The position numbers were made by a program, and so were the translations under genes. Source: a virus. Taken from it: a stretch of DNA of 34,903 nt. This document shows positions 9,387 through 18,580 of the stretch, piece by piece. The notes beneath the pieces were generated by a model that was not told where the DNA came from, did not search any database, and worked only from the letters and a program-made list of their open reading frames with translations. Positions within the stretch are counted from its first letter, which is position 1. Each line of letters starts with the position of its first letter. The DNA lies in IMG/VR virus record IMGVR_UViG_3300033402_000340; one strand, written 5' to 3'.

Positions 9387-9641
9387 ATGACACCCGATCA
9401 GATCCGAGCAAAAATTGCAGCAGATTTGTCCGTAAGCCATCCTGGAGAAGACGTCCGAGTGGATATCGGACCTGTCCCATACGGAAATTTTGTCTGGAAT
9501 GAGAAGGGTGAAGTCCATACACCCATGGCAACGGCTGAACTAGCGAAGATTCTAGGGGCTCCAGAAGACGTTCGATCCTGGATTCGGAATCTACCTCTCG
9601 TAAAGTTCGATGTATCTCTTCTAAAGAGTAATTCGAACTAA
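9387..9641 (+). CDS. hypothetical protein
   Basis: 84-aa ORF. Confidence 0.5.
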   Translation: MTPDQIRAKIAADLSVSHPGEDVRVDIGPVPYGNFVWNEKGEVHTPMATAELAKILGAPEDVRSWIRNLPLVKFDVSLLKSNSN

Positions 9642-10138
9642 TGAGTGACGAACTTACCACAACAAATCAATCACCTCCTTGGCGCTGGCCCGGAATCCTT
9701 GTTTGGATTTGGAGGCTTCTATTCGGATCGCCAGAACTTCCAGAACCAGAACCAGACTCTGCCCCCCGATGTTCTACTCGAGATTGTGAAGGTTATGAAG
9801 ACCCGCGCTGTCAAGGCGGGAATTGCACCGCATGTTGCAATGAATACTGTGGATCTGTGTGTCTTGCATCAGTGAATTTAGAATTTCGCAAACAAGACTT
9901 GGAATTTAAGCGAGAACTGCTCGCATTTGCATGTGATAGAGTTGGTAAAGCAAAGCATTCACTTGCATATGAGTTAGTGACGAAACACCAAGATAAATTT
10001 GTCATTTTGTGCCCGGATTGTGGCACTCGTCTTAAACTATCATTCAAGAACAGTCCGGCGAGTGATTTGATCAAAGTTCTAGATAAGATGCCGGAGGATT
10101 GTGACGAGGAAAAAGTTCGTCAGGTCATGGAGTCATGA
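9641..10138 (+). CDS. Cys-rich zinc-ribbon protein; C-terminus ...EDCDEEKVRQVMES (paralog of 24327 and 24563)
   Basis: Shares the CPxCG core and the EDCDEE-x-VRQ-x-MES tail with the two tandem ORFs at 24.3-24.8 kb. Confidence 0.6.
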   Translation: MSDELTTTNQSPPWRWPGILVWIWRLLFGSPELPEPEPDSAPRCSTRDCEGYEDPRCQGGNCTACCNEYCGSVCLASVNLEFRKQDLEFKRELLAFACDRVGKAKHSLAYELVTKHQDKFVILCPDCGTRLKLSFKNSPASDLIKVLDKMPEDCDEEKVRQVMES

Positions 10139-10353
10139 GTCCGGAAGAATCAGAACTTCGGCGTCTTTTAGATGATGTGCTGTTGGCCTGTCAGATTGAT
10201 TTACAAAAAGATCTGACAGATTTCTCCGAAGCCAAACCAAAAGACGTACAAGGAATTTTGCATCGGCAAGCCAAACTCTCCGGTGCAAAAATCGTGGCTT
10301 CTGCCATTCATAAGGCCATCAATAAATTCGACAAGGAAAAAGGCCGTGAGTGA
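10135..10353 (+). CDS. hypothetical protein
   Basis: 72-aa ORF. ATGA overlap. Confidence 0.5.
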   Translation: MSPEESELRRLLDDVLLACQIDLQKDLTDFSEAKPKDVQGILHRQAKLSGAKIVASAIHKAINKFDKEKGRE

Positions 10354-10663
10354 GGCTTACGAAGAGCCCGAATGTCCCGGAGAGGGCAGATGCCACGGGT
10401 GCCTCAAATGGTGCTCTTATTGTGGTGACTGTGACCTCATGTGCGACGACCCCGAATGCGATACTCATAAACGCATCGAGGAAATTCAAAGAGACTTTCG
10501 ATATTCGCAAATCGAAGTTTCAAACGCGGAACGTGAGTTGGAAACTGCTCGAAAGAATCACCAGGAAACAAAAGAAACTCTTGATAGATATAAACGAGGG
10601 CCTATTCAGATGGTTCCACGTGGGAAACGCATTAACATCGTACGTAATATCATGGAGTCATGA
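10346..10663 (+). CDS. Cys-rich protein; tail ...IVRNIMES
   Basis: GTG start overlaps the upstream stop. Multiple CxxC motifs and a coiled-coil-like C-terminus. Confidence 0.5.
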   Translation: MSEAYEEPECPGEGRCHGCLKWCSYCGDCDLMCDDPECDTHKRIEEIQRDFRYSQIEVSNAERELETARKNHQETKETLDRYKRGPIQMVPRGKRINIVRNIMES

Positions 10664-10845
10664 AGTGGAGACCGCATAGATGGAAACTGGTTGACACACA
10701 GCCAGATCCGATCGCTCACCAGGATCGAATGTTTTTCGAATGCCGACGTTGCGGCTTCAAGACTTCCGGTCTTTTCAAGAAACCATCCGGTAAGTACGCG
10801 ATCGACTGTAATGAACAGACAATTCGTACAGTGCTGGAATCATGA
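10660..10845 (+). CDS. small zinc-ribbon protein; tail ...IRTVLES
   Basis: CRRCGF motif. ATGA overlap. Confidence 0.55.
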   Translation: MKWRPHRWKLVDTQPDPIAHQDRMFFECRRCGFKTSGLFKKPSGKYAIDCNEQTIRTVLES

Positions 10846-11693
10846 AACATCGCATCCATTTTGACATGGAGACGCAAGATCCGGATGATGTGATGACGCT
10901 CGCCATCCTGGCAACGCATCCGAGGGTCGAACTTGTCTCCGTAACGATTACTCCTGGTGGGCCCGATCAAGTCGGGCTCGCAAGACACGTGCTGGATCAT
11001 TTGGATCGCAAAGATGTTCCCATTGGAGGAGATCCGAGCCGAACAAAGCCTGCGGTGAGCGCATTTCATGATAAATGGCTCGGCTCGTTCTCATTGATGC
11101 CGGACAGATATGCGCTCGATGTCTTGAATTATGCGGTAGATTTGGGAGCAACACTCTTAACAGGAGCTCCTCTTAAGAATTTCATTTCTTTGCCGCGCTT
11201 CCCGCGATGGGTGGCACAAGGCGGATTTGCTGGTGATTCTGTGGTGCCCCCGGAATATCGTCTAGAGAAATTTGCCGGACGAGAAACCTGTCCAACTTTC
11301 AATTTCAACGGCGCTCCAAAAGTAGCGGAAGGAATGCTGGCCAGTTCGCATATTGGAGAGAAGCTACTCGTAGGTAAAAATGTATGTCATGGAGTCGCAT
11401 GGGATCCCGAGTTCCATGCGAGAGTTAAAGCGCTGCCTAAACGAACTGCTGGGTTAGATCTCGTGCTCAAAGGGATGGAACTCTATCTAGAGAAGAATCC
11501 TGATGGGAAAAAACTTCACGATCCTTTAGCGATGGCCGTAGCTATTGAGCCTGAGATTTGCGAATTTCAGCGCGTCGATATGTACCGACATAAGGGCGAG
11601 TGGGGGGCTCGCTTGAACCGCGACAGTGATGTAAAAATCGCTATTGCGTTGAGAGATAGACAGCGATTTTTCGAAGTGCTAACCGAAGCTTAA
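10842..11693 (+). CDS. inosine-uridine-preferring nucleoside hydrolase-like protein
   Basis: N-terminal aspartate cluster (DMETQDPDDVMTLAIL) typical of IU-nucleoside hydrolases. 283 aa. Confidence 0.55.
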   Translation: MKHRIHFDMETQDPDDVMTLAILATHPRVELVSVTITPGGPDQVGLARHVLDHLDRKDVPIGGDPSRTKPAVSAFHDKWLGSFSLMPDRYALDVLNYAVDLGATLLTGAPLKNFISLPRFPRWVAQGGFAGDSVVPPEYRLEKFAGRETCPTFNFNGAPKVAEGMLASSHIGEKLLVGKNVCHGVAWDPEFHARVKALPKRTAGLDLVLKGMELYLEKNPDGKKLHDPLAMAVAIEPEICEFQRVDMYRHKGEWGARLNRDSDVKIAIALRDRQRFFEVLTEA

Positions 11694-11975
11694 TCCGTAA
11701 TTCGGATTCAAATTTAGCTGCCCATTCCATGGCGGGCTCCGGATGATGCGACAATCACAAGTTGCATACATGGTTCCAGCCCAAACCGCTTGACTCTTGT
11801 AAACTTGCTGCAGAATCGGGTACCCATTCGGGTAATACTCGGGAGGATAAGTTGGTGGCGGAGATTCCTCAGGGTCTAATTCATGCGGATCAACTGGGTC
11901 CCCTTGCCGATGTACGACTTTAAGGCCTGATCCACCACAAGTCCAGCACTTTCCATTAATAAACACGCAGTCCAT
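11679..11975 (-). CDS. hypothetical Cys-rich protein
   Basis: 98-aa ORF convergent with the nucleoside hydrolase gene. Weak support. Confidence 0.3.
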   Translation of the reverse strand: MDCVFINGKCWTCGGSGLKVVHRQGDPVDPHELDPEESPPPTYPPEYYPNGYPILQQVYKSQAVWAGTMYATCDCRIIRSPPWNGQLNLNPNYGLSFG

Positions 11976-11993
11976 ATCAGATCATACCGAGAG

Positions 11994-12287
11994 ATGCTCA
12001 TGATCAAGTGGGAAGCTGAAGAAAAGCAATGGTTCATGAAACTCATCGAGGCGATGGTCAAGAAACCTGACGAAGCCAATTTTGCTCGTCGCAAAGTATT
12101 CTTCGATTTGGAGCTTCTCCTCATGGTGGATCCGAAGGATGAGGAGATTTTCACTGATACTGTGCTCGACGGCCTCATCGAACAGGTCAGTATTCGAACT
12201 GGCGCTCTCAAGCCTGTCATCTACCTGAAAGACAAGCCAAACGCAAAAGCGAGGGAGCAACTTAATTATGCCTATCACCAAATCTAA
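11994..12287 (+). CDS. hypothetical protein
   Basis: 97-aa ORF. Confidence 0.5.
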   Translation: MLMIKWEAEEKQWFMKLIEAMVKKPDEANFARRKVFFDLELLLMVDPKDEEIFTDTVLDGLIEQVSIRTGALKPVIYLKDKPNAKAREQLNYAYHQI

Positions 12288-12963
12288 AAAACTCGTTCAT
12301 TATGTGGTGAGTTATATCCCGCTCTTGACGGGTAATGCAGGACAAACGCTCGATCTCGAACCGAGTTCGATGAGAGCTTTTTCGAACATGATCAATGCGC
12401 TTCCAGACGGAAGAGCCGAGGCCATACTTTGGGGTGTGTCGCCCGAAGGCGACCCGTGGCCGATTTTCGTTCTGGATGAAGCAGAACAGATTTTCAATCA
12501 TATTGTTGACTGGTCTGAAGGGTCTCCTACCAGCTGGTTCAACTTTCACATTCTGAGTCGGGAAAAAGACTATGCCATCGCCCTGATTCCAAAGGTCGAG
12601 AAGTCTGTAGAGCGATACAAACTGGCGTGGGAGCTCAAAAATGGCGAGCCTATTGCTCAAGGTATGGACTACCAGATTCTATACAAAGGTGTTTATTTCT
12701 CGAGCGAGCCCGGGGCTGTCTCAACTACTTTCAAGACGGTGCAGCCTCTCTTGAAACCGAATGTAAAGATCGGATTCGTGGAGCGTTCTTCACTTGGACT
12801 GAATCTCGAGGAGACTCCTGAAAATTTGGACCTCAAGTCGAGAGTCGCATGGATGGGTCCATTCGAAACTCAAACGAATGCCCATCCCTATATGACTTCT
12901 CTCTTCCCGAAGGTCGTTAAGAGCCGAGCAAGGTTGAAGGCAGAACGCCGAGCAAGACGCTGA
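12268..12963 (+). CDS. hypothetical protein
   Basis: 231-aa ORF. Confidence 0.55.
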   Translation: MPITKSKKLVHYVVSYIPLLTGNAGQTLDLEPSSMRAFSNMINALPDGRAEAILWGVSPEGDPWPIFVLDEAEQIFNHIVDWSEGSPTSWFNFHILSREKDYAIALIPKVEKSVERYKLAWELKNGEPIAQGMDYQILYKGVYFSSEPGAVSTTFKTVQPLLKPNVKIGFVERSSLGLNLEETPENLDLKSRVAWMGPFETQTNAHPYMTSLFPKVVKSRARLKAERRARR

Positions 12964-13178
12964 TGAGTTCGCGTATTTCGCATGTTCTGCAGATGGAACT
13001 GGTTCTGAAGCAATTTCAAGACCAATTCGACAATCTTGCGAAATACGCGAAATGTGACGCCGCCGTTACCTTCAAAGTGCTTGCTACGATCTTCAAAAAT
13101 CATCATTGCGAACATCGTATGGCTCTTGATAAATGCGCACATCCTGAATGCATCGTCCGACACGTGATGGAGTCGTGA
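12963..13178 (+). CDS. hypothetical protein; tail ...CIVRHVMES
   Basis: TGATG overlap. Family tail. Confidence 0.55.
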   Translation: MSSRISHVLQMELVLKQFQDQFDNLAKYAKCDAAVTFKVLATIFKNHHCEHRMALDKCAHPECIVRHVMES

Positions 13179-13447
13179 TGAACGGCAAGCCGATGAAGAA
13201 AGCCATTCATCGGTGGGAGCTCGTCCCGTCGAGCATGGGAATTCATTTAGCGGGAGGCGCCACCAAAGAATCTCATATTCAGATGCATCTTCATGGGTTC
13301 CGATCATACGTTTGCAAGCGTTGTGGGGCGGGACCTGTTAGAATCCGTGAGGAATCTCATAAATCATCCATTAACAAGAATGCTCTCAAGCAAGGAATTT
13401 CCAGCGATTGTAATTATGAAATGGTTCGCGGAATCTTGGAGAGCTAA
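13175..13447 (+). CDS. small zinc-ribbon protein; tail ...MVRGILES
   Basis: ATGA overlap at 13175. CKRCG motif. Confidence 0.55.
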   Translation: MMNGKPMKKAIHRWELVPSSMGIHLAGGATKESHIQMHLHGFRSYVCKRCGAGPVRIREESHKSSINKNALKQGISSDCNYEMVRGILES

Positions 13448-13449
13448 TC

Positions 13450-13662
13450 ATGGATGATATGAGACTTGAAATCACGCCGTCGAGAACTGAAACGATCATT
13501 TCAGCGCTCAATCGATCGATTCAGGTTTCCGGAAAAGGTCCGGATCAGAAGACTGCACTAGCAGATCTTCACACCAATCTCGAGAAGACTCTCGGCAAAC
13601 TTTATACTTACGCAGTGCATGTGGATAAAAAGGAAGTCTGCTTGTTCCCTCGCCCACGATGA
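13450..13662 (+). CDS. hypothetical protein
   Basis: 70-aa ORF. GGAG lies 8 nt upstream of the ATG, inside the previous tail codons. Confidence 0.45.
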   Translation: MDDMRLEITPSRTETIISALNRSIQVSGKGPDQKTALADLHTNLEKTLGKLYTYAVHVDKKEVCLFPRPR

Positions 13663-13859
13663 TTATCTGTGATGGTTGTTGTGGGCTGCCCATAACGGCG
13701 ACACGCTTTCTACGCATTAAATCTGAGCCAGGTCGAACCATCGCATGCTGCGATGTCTATTATCAAAACATTCTAAAAGTGGATCACATGAAGTATTACG
13801 AAGAGATCACTCTGGAAGAATGCTTGCTGATGAGAGTCGCAGAGGTCATGGAAGCTTAG
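13659..13859 (+). CDS. Cys-rich small protein; tail ...RVAEVMEA
   Basis: 66-aa ORF. Confidence 0.5.
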   Translation: MIICDGCCGLPITATRFLRIKSEPGRTIACCDVYYQNILKVDHMKYYEEITLEECLLMRVAEVMEA

Positions 13860-13869
13860 GATTCCATGA
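13838..13869. terminator. 12-bp perfect inverted repeat GAGGTCATGGAA-GCTTAGGA-TTCCATGACCTC formed by the tail-coding ends of two convergent genes
   Basis: Read directly from the sequence. Candidate bidirectional terminator. Confidence 0.45.
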
Positions 13870-14059
13870 CCTCTCGCACGCAGTCTGACGCATGATGCAA
13901 GCTATCCACGACTCGAAGTCCAATTAAGAAATCTTCTGCGACTTGCGGATTGGTGCGCTTCAGTTCATGCCATTTGTCGAAGAGATGCATAATTACAGTC
14001 TTTCGCTGACGTCTTGAAAGGTTCATAAATTCCAACACCGATTCATCCCACATTTCCAT
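13856..14059 (-). CDS. hypothetical protein; tail ...CVREVMES
   Basis: Convergent with 13659..13859. The two tail-coding ends form a 12-bp inverted repeat. Confidence 0.5.
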   Translation of the reverse strand: MEMWDESVLEFMNLSRRQRKTVIMHLFDKWHELKRTNPQVAEDFLIGLRVVDSLHHASDCVREVMES

Positions 14060-14114
14060 ACATTATCTTACAATAAAAAGCGTAAATTTGTGCAGTTCGC
14101 ATGTAACATGCGGC

Positions 14115-15326
14115 ATGAGCTACGAGTTGGTCGAGGGCGGACGTGTTCCCATCAAGGCATGGACGAATGGAGTGAAGTTCGAAGCTGGAGCCAAGCTTCA
14201 GCTTATCCAGGCCGCCACGCTTCCCATCGTGCATGGGCATATTGCTGTCATGCCTGATGTCCATTTCGGTATCGGGGCGACAGTCGGAAGTGTCATTCCG
14301 ACCCTGAAGGCCATCATCCCGGCGGCTGTCGGGGTAGACATCGGATGTGGTATGGCCGCCGTGCGTACCAGTCTCAACGCCTCAGATCTTCCGGTCAATG
14401 CTGACAAGCTTCTCTTTGACCACATTTCAGCGGCCGTTCCGCATGGTAGCGCCAAAGATAAAGGCGCGGTCGGGTCCTGGGAGAAGACCCCGAAGTACGT
14501 CACAGAGGCGTGGGGGAGGCTTGTCCCGGGCTTCAAGGAAGTCGTGGGACGTCATGGTCGTGCGAAGGAGGGAAATCCGGAAGGACAACTTGGGACGCTC
14601 GGAGGAGGTAATCACTTCGTCGAAGTATGTCTCGATCAGGACCAAAACGTTTGGTTCATGCTCCATTCCGGATCCCGCGGGATTGGGAACAAGATCGGAA
14701 CCTATTTCATCGAGCTCGCTAAGAAGGACATGGAGCGTCTCGACCGTCGTCTTCCAAACCGAGACCTCGCGTATCTGGATGAAGGTACCGAGCATTTCGA
14801 CGACTACGTGAAGGCGGTCAGCTGGTGCCAGGACTATGCTCGCACAAATCGTGATCTCATGATGCGAGCCGTGATCGAGGCGGTCCGCAAGGCTGGACTC
14901 CCGCGCTTCACTCTTACCGGAGAAGTGGTGAATTGTCACCACAACTATGTGGCTCGAGAGCATCACCTCGGAGAAGATGTATGGGTGACTCGTAAGGGTG
15001 CTGTGCGTGCTCAACTCGGGGACATGGGCATTATTCCGGGTTCGATGGGCACCAAGAGTTATATCGTGCGCGGGAAGGGTAACCCGGAGAGCTTCAATTC
15101 ATGTTCACACGGAGCAGGACGTACGATGGCTCGTGGGGAGGCCAAGCGGAGTATCACACTCGAGGAGCACCGAGCGGCGACGGAGGGTGTGGCTTGTCGC
15201 AAGGATAAGGACGTAATCGACGAGAGCCCGAGTGCTTACAAGCCGATCGAAGATGTAATGGCAGCTCAAAGCGATCTGGTCGATATCGTTTACACGCTCA
15301 AGCAGATCATGTGTGTGAAGGGCTAG
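14115..15326 (+). CDS. rtcB: RNA-splicing/repair ligase RtcB
   Basis: The N-terminus MSYELVEGG...PIKAWTNGV...HIAVMPDVHFGIG matches the RtcB N-terminus. The NHFVEV, GSRGIGN and HNYVAREHHLGEDVWVTRKGA motifs are present. The longer ORF begins at 14088. Confidence 0.88.
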   Translation: MSYELVEGGRVPIKAWTNGVKFEAGAKLQLIQAATLPIVHGHIAVMPDVHFGIGATVGSVIPTLKAIIPAAVGVDIGCGMAAVRTSLNASDLPVNADKLLFDHISAAVPHGSAKDKGAVGSWEKTPKYVTEAWGRLVPGFKEVVGRHGRAKEGNPEGQLGTLGGGNHFVEVCLDQDQNVWFMLHSGSRGIGNKIGTYFIELAKKDMERLDRRLPNRDLAYLDEGTEHFDDYVKAVSWCQDYARTNRDLMMRAVIEAVRKAGLPRFTLTGEVVNCHHNYVAREHHLGEDVWVTRKGAVRAQLGDMGIIPGSMGTKSYIVRGKGNPESFNSCSHGAGRTMARGEAKRSITLEEHRAATEGVACRKDKDVIDESPSAYKPIEDVMAAQSDLVDIVYTLKQIMCVKG

Positions 15327-15332
15327 TCTTCT

Positions 15333-15539
15333 ATGGAAGATCCTAACTGGACCAGGAGCCTACAACTCAAAATGCGCGAGGTGACGCCTGAAGAGGCATC
15401 ACGCCTGTTGAAACTTGCAGCTGACCAAATGGTGGCTACTCGAAGTTCCAGCGGAGCAATCGTCGAGAATGGTGTTGTAATCGTTTCTTGGTTATGGGAT
15501 TACAATGGTCCTTGGGAAGAGATCGAGCCGGCTTCCTAG
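15333..15539 (+). CDS. hypothetical protein
   Basis: 68-aa ORF. Confidence 0.45.
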   Translation: MEDPNWTRSLQLKMREVTPEEASRLLKLAADQMVATRSSSGAIVENGVVIVSWLWDYNGPWEEIEPAS

Positions 15540-15542
15540 AAC

Positions 15543-15812
15543 GTGAAACCTCTCAAAAATCCATTAGTCGTCCATTGTGAACGCGAAGAGTTCGACGTCT
15601 ATATTGGACGACCCGGACCTTGGGGTAATCCTTTTCGCATCGGGATTGCTCAGAATCGAACTCAAGTCATTGCCAAGCATCGCGAGTGGTTTTTGAGTCA
15701 ACCTGAACTTATTGAACGCGCAAAGAAGGAACTCCGCGGGAAACGATTAGGCTGCTGGTGTTCGCCTAAAGCCTGTCATGGCGATATTCTCGCGGAGATC
15801 GCTAATGAATAA
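15543..15812 (+). CDS. DUF4326-family protein
   Basis: VVHCxRExFDVYIGRPGPWGNPF...CWCxPxxCHGDIL pattern. Confidence 0.6.
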   Translation: MKPLKNPLVVHCEREEFDVYIGRPGPWGNPFRIGIAQNRTQVIAKHREWFLSQPELIERAKKELRGKRLGCWCSPKACHGDILAEIANE

Positions 15813-16317
15813 GTCAGAGGAATTTCAAGCAGCCATCCTGAAGGAATACCCTCATCTAAAAATCGATGTGGATCCTCCAGCTAAGCCCGATGGGGTTACA
15901 TGGCTTGCATTGGCTGGAATTGAACCGCGCATTGAGGTGGAATGCAAGGAGGGGCGCGGATTCGGAATTCATGTCATGTTTCCGAATGACCCGAATAGTA
16001 GTGTTCCATTTGCTGGACCTGATGCCATTTTCACTGAAGCCAGTTTGGCGGTTCGATTCATCAGATCCATTTGGGAGAAAATTCACCGCCCCTTGAAATC
16101 AGGTGAAAAGTGGATACTCACGCAAGCTGCCAATGAAGCTTGGCTAGTTTCATACGGAAAATATTCAGTTCATTTGAATTCCGTGTGGGATATAGACTTC
16201 GTGCATCCCCCCATGACGATCCTCGAAGAGGGTTTGGATAATTCAGAATCCGAAAAACTTAGGCTCGAGCAAATTAAAGAGGATCTTCTCATAGTGGAAG
16301 CTGTCATGAGTTCGTGA
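15805..16317 (+). CDS. hypothetical protein; tail ...IVEAVMSS
   Basis: ATGA overlap at 15805, in frame with the longer 15778 ORF. Confidence 0.5.
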   Translation: MNKSEEFQAAILKEYPHLKIDVDPPAKPDGVTWLALAGIEPRIEVECKEGRGFGIHVMFPNDPNSSVPFAGPDAIFTEASLAVRFIRSIWEKIHRPLKSGEKWILTQAANEAWLVSYGKYSVHLNSVWDIDFVHPPMTILEEGLDNSESEKLRLEQIKEDLLIVEAVMSS

Positions 16318-16351
16318 CTGAAGTTGGTATGCAGCACACGTAGGTAAATAT

Positions 16352-17065
16352 ATGCATGACGATGAGAAAGAATTCGCGCACGAGTCTTATGGGATGGTTG
16401 GGTTTAGCCGGTGCACTGGCAGTTCGGGGCGTCTATTCGGCAGCTCCCTCCCAAATCAGGGAACCTTCATTCGTCTTCGCCTAACGAGCGCGACTCGGAA
16501 ACATTATCTCGGTCGTGATTGGTATCACGGGGATGTTCAAACGATGTACGAGGTAGATCTATCGGCAGCGCAATTTGCCGAGCTTCTGACCTCCATGAAC
16601 GTCGGGTCCGGGGTCCCTTGCACGATCCGGTTCGCTGATGGTCGCCAAATGGCGCAACCTCCTGATGAACTTCTCGAAGCAGAACAGGTTCGTCATGATT
16701 TTGAAAGTAAAACGGAAACAGTAGCGAAAAAGTTGGATGGTTTTGCGAAGCAAATCATGGAAGTGCTAGACAAGCCAACCATTACGAAGAAGGATCGAGA
16801 AACTGCGAAAATGGCGCTAAAGTTGATCGTCCAAGACGTGCGATCCAACATTCCCTTCTGGCTCGAACAATTTAGTGAAGCTACGCAGAAGATCACGAGC
16901 GCTGCAAAGGCGGAGGTCGACGCATTTGTCACGCACGCGGTTATGGCGACGGGGCTTAAGAGCTTGCAAGACATCGCGAAGAGTGCCGTCCCAGCACTTC
17001 CTTCCAAACAGGAGTGCATGGTTTGCCACAATCCAAATTGTAAAACCCCTAATGAGCAACATTAG
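16352..17065 (+). CDS. hypothetical protein with C-terminal Cys motif (CMVCHNPNC)
   Basis: 237-aa ORF. Confidence 0.55.
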   Translation: MHDDEKEFAHESYGMVGFSRCTGSSGRLFGSSLPNQGTFIRLRLTSATRKHYLGRDWYHGDVQTMYEVDLSAAQFAELLTSMNVGSGVPCTIRFADGRQMAQPPDELLEAEQVRHDFESKTETVAKKLDGFAKQIMEVLDKPTITKKDRETAKMALKLIVQDVRSNIPFWLEQFSEATQKITSAAKAEVDAFVTHAVMATGLKSLQDIAKSAVPALPSKQECMVCHNPNCKTPNEQH

Positions 17066-17076
17066 CTGCCATTAGG

Positions 17077-17304
17077 ATGACTACTTTTCATTGCAATAAT
17101 GTCACGTTCGAGCTATATCTCTCCGATGAAGAAGATGAACCTCGCGTGTCCGTGCGCAAAAAATATCCCGTAATTTTGCGTATCACGGATTTTAATATTC
17201 GCGATTACAAATTCCAACTCACAGCTAGAACGGCGAAAAGTATTGCCGTAAAACTGAAAGAACTCTCGAATCTCAGCGTCGTCAAAGACGTCATGGAGAC
17301 TTAG
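17077..17304 (+). CDS. hypothetical protein; tail ...VVKDVMET
   Basis: 75-aa ORF. Confidence 0.5.
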   Translation: MTTFHCNNVTFELYLSDEEDEPRVSVRKKYPVILRITDFNIRDYKFQLTARTAKSIAVKLKELSNLSVVKDVMET

Positions 17305-17591
17305 CTCTCCATAATTGCTGCAATCTTTCGCAAATTTCGAGCTTCTTGACGCGCTCGTGTAAGGCTCTTGAATTCTGCGATAACTTCCCCATTAAACAAA
17401 TTGACATCTCTAGTTGTCCCTTTTGGGAATACTAGAAAATGTGGTCCAGGACTGAAACCAGGGCTAGGAGTAATAGTTACCTTGGTTTCATCGGGTTCTA
17501 AGAAATCCCCTTCTTGGAGATTGTAGACCCCATAACGGCTTTGATATTTATAAACTACGAATCTGGGACCATGGAATCCTGAGTTCAGCAT
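17301..17591 (-). CDS. hypothetical protein; tail ...IAAIMES
   Basis: Convergent with 17077..17304. The tail-coding ends form the 7-bp inverted repeat ATGGAGA/TCTCCAT. Confidence 0.5.
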   Translation of the reverse strand: MLNSGFHGPRFVVYKYQSRYGVYNLQEGDFLEPDETKVTITPSPGFSPGPHFLVFPKGTTRDVNLFNGEVIAEFKSLTRARQEARNLRKIAAIMES

Positions 17592-17875
17592 TCCATCATT
17601 GACCTTACGATTTGTAAATCATGCGCAGCTTGATGAGCTTGGGAAGAGTGTTCGTACTCTCCGATGAAATCGCCCTCGATAACATCGACTAATTTACCCC
17701 AGATTTCTTCGTCGGAACATCGAATTTCAATCCGAGGTGGATCGCATGTGAGCGTGTCAACAAACCCCTCGATAGGTTCATATCGGTCTCCTGGTTTAAG
17801 AAGATAGATTTTATAGGACCCTTCGGAGTCCCGATAGATGAAACACCGAGATCCGTAGACCTCAGGTAAAATCAC
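17585..17875 (-). CDS. hypothetical protein; tail ...IVRSMMEC
   Basis: 96-aa ORF. Resembles its 17301 neighbour (paralog pair). Confidence 0.5.
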   Translation of the reverse strand: MILPEVYGSRCFIYRDSEGSYKIYLLKPGDRYEPIEGFVDTLTCDPPRIEIRCSDEEIWGKLVDVIEGDFIGEYEHSSQAHQAAHDLQIVRSMMEC

Positions 17876-18489
17876 GGAGACTGTCCGGACCCACGATCGA
17901 AGGCTTTGCGCAGTCTTGCGCGGAGTTCGTGCACATCGTCCAATCCGCTATAGCGAAAGACGTTCGCATTTTCCTCCGAACCGCCAACTCCATACTGTGC
18001 GTTCCACGGGTGAGCCAAGCAAATCACGAGTCCTCGAGGACGATTTCGAAGCCATGCGGTGAAATAGGGAGGGAAGTCGTCGAAGAGGATTCTACCGTAG
18101 ACAATGGATTTGTCCTGAGTGACCGTGACGTTGGCGTCCGGGATGTTTTCCTGACACCATTCAACTTTCTCGGTCCATGCAGAAGTGGTTTTCACAGGCC
18201 CCTTGGTGAGAACGTGAAGCTCGAATTTGAATTCTCGAAGTTCATCTACGACTTCGAATCCCTTCCGAAGTCGTGGAAGACCGCGCCAAAATCCAGGCTG
18301 CTTCTTAATGAGGTCGCGTCGGCACGAAATATGGGGCGGAACATTGTCCCATCCTTCAAACACTGGCTCATTTGGGCCCCTGATCAGCTCCATTCGACGG
18401 TGCATTTCTCCGTCATAATCGGCGATGGTGCCATCGAGGTCGATGAGGGCGATGCGATCGGTAACACTCCGGTCAGTTGCGTTATTCAT
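17872..18489 (-). CDS. HAD-superfamily 5'(3')-deoxyribonucleotidase-like protein
   Basis: N-terminal IDLDGTIADY (the HAD DxDGT motif). 205 aa. Confidence 0.7.
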   Translation of the reverse strand: MNNATDRSVTDRIALIDLDGTIADYDGEMHRRMELIRGPNEPVFEGWDNVPPHISCRRDLIKKQPGFWRGLPRLRKGFEVVDELREFKFELHVLTKGPVKTTSAWTEKVEWCQENIPDANVTVTQDKSIVYGRILFDDFPPYFTAWLRNRPRGLVICLAHPWNAQYGVGGSEENANVFRYSGLDDVHELRARLRKAFDRGSGQSP

Positions 18490-18546
18490 GATCCAGCCTA
18501 CATCTCGAATTGCGAGATGTAAGAATGTTGAGGAGTGGAAGGGGGA

Positions 18547-18576
18547 AGAGGGGAGGACCGGGAAGTCCTCCCCTCT
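18547..18576. terminator. 12-bp perfect hairpin AGAGGGGAGGAC-CGGGAA-GTCCTCCCCTCT just downstream of the MVP-like gene stop (minus strand)
   Basis: Read directly from the sequence. A second palindrome ACATCTCGAATTGCGAGATGT lies at 18500-18520, next to the start of the HAD gene. Confidence 0.5.
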
Positions 18577-18580
18577 GGGA

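Noticed and set aside
11876-12281. Minus-strand ORFs 11876..12220 and 11982..12281 overlapping plus ORF 11994..12287
   Set aside because: The plus-strand ORF continues the co-directional gene array and is followed by an overlapping downstream gene. The minus frames were judged less likely.
14427-15014. 195-aa minus-strand ORF inside rtcB
   Set aside because: Antisense shadow of a confidently identified gene.
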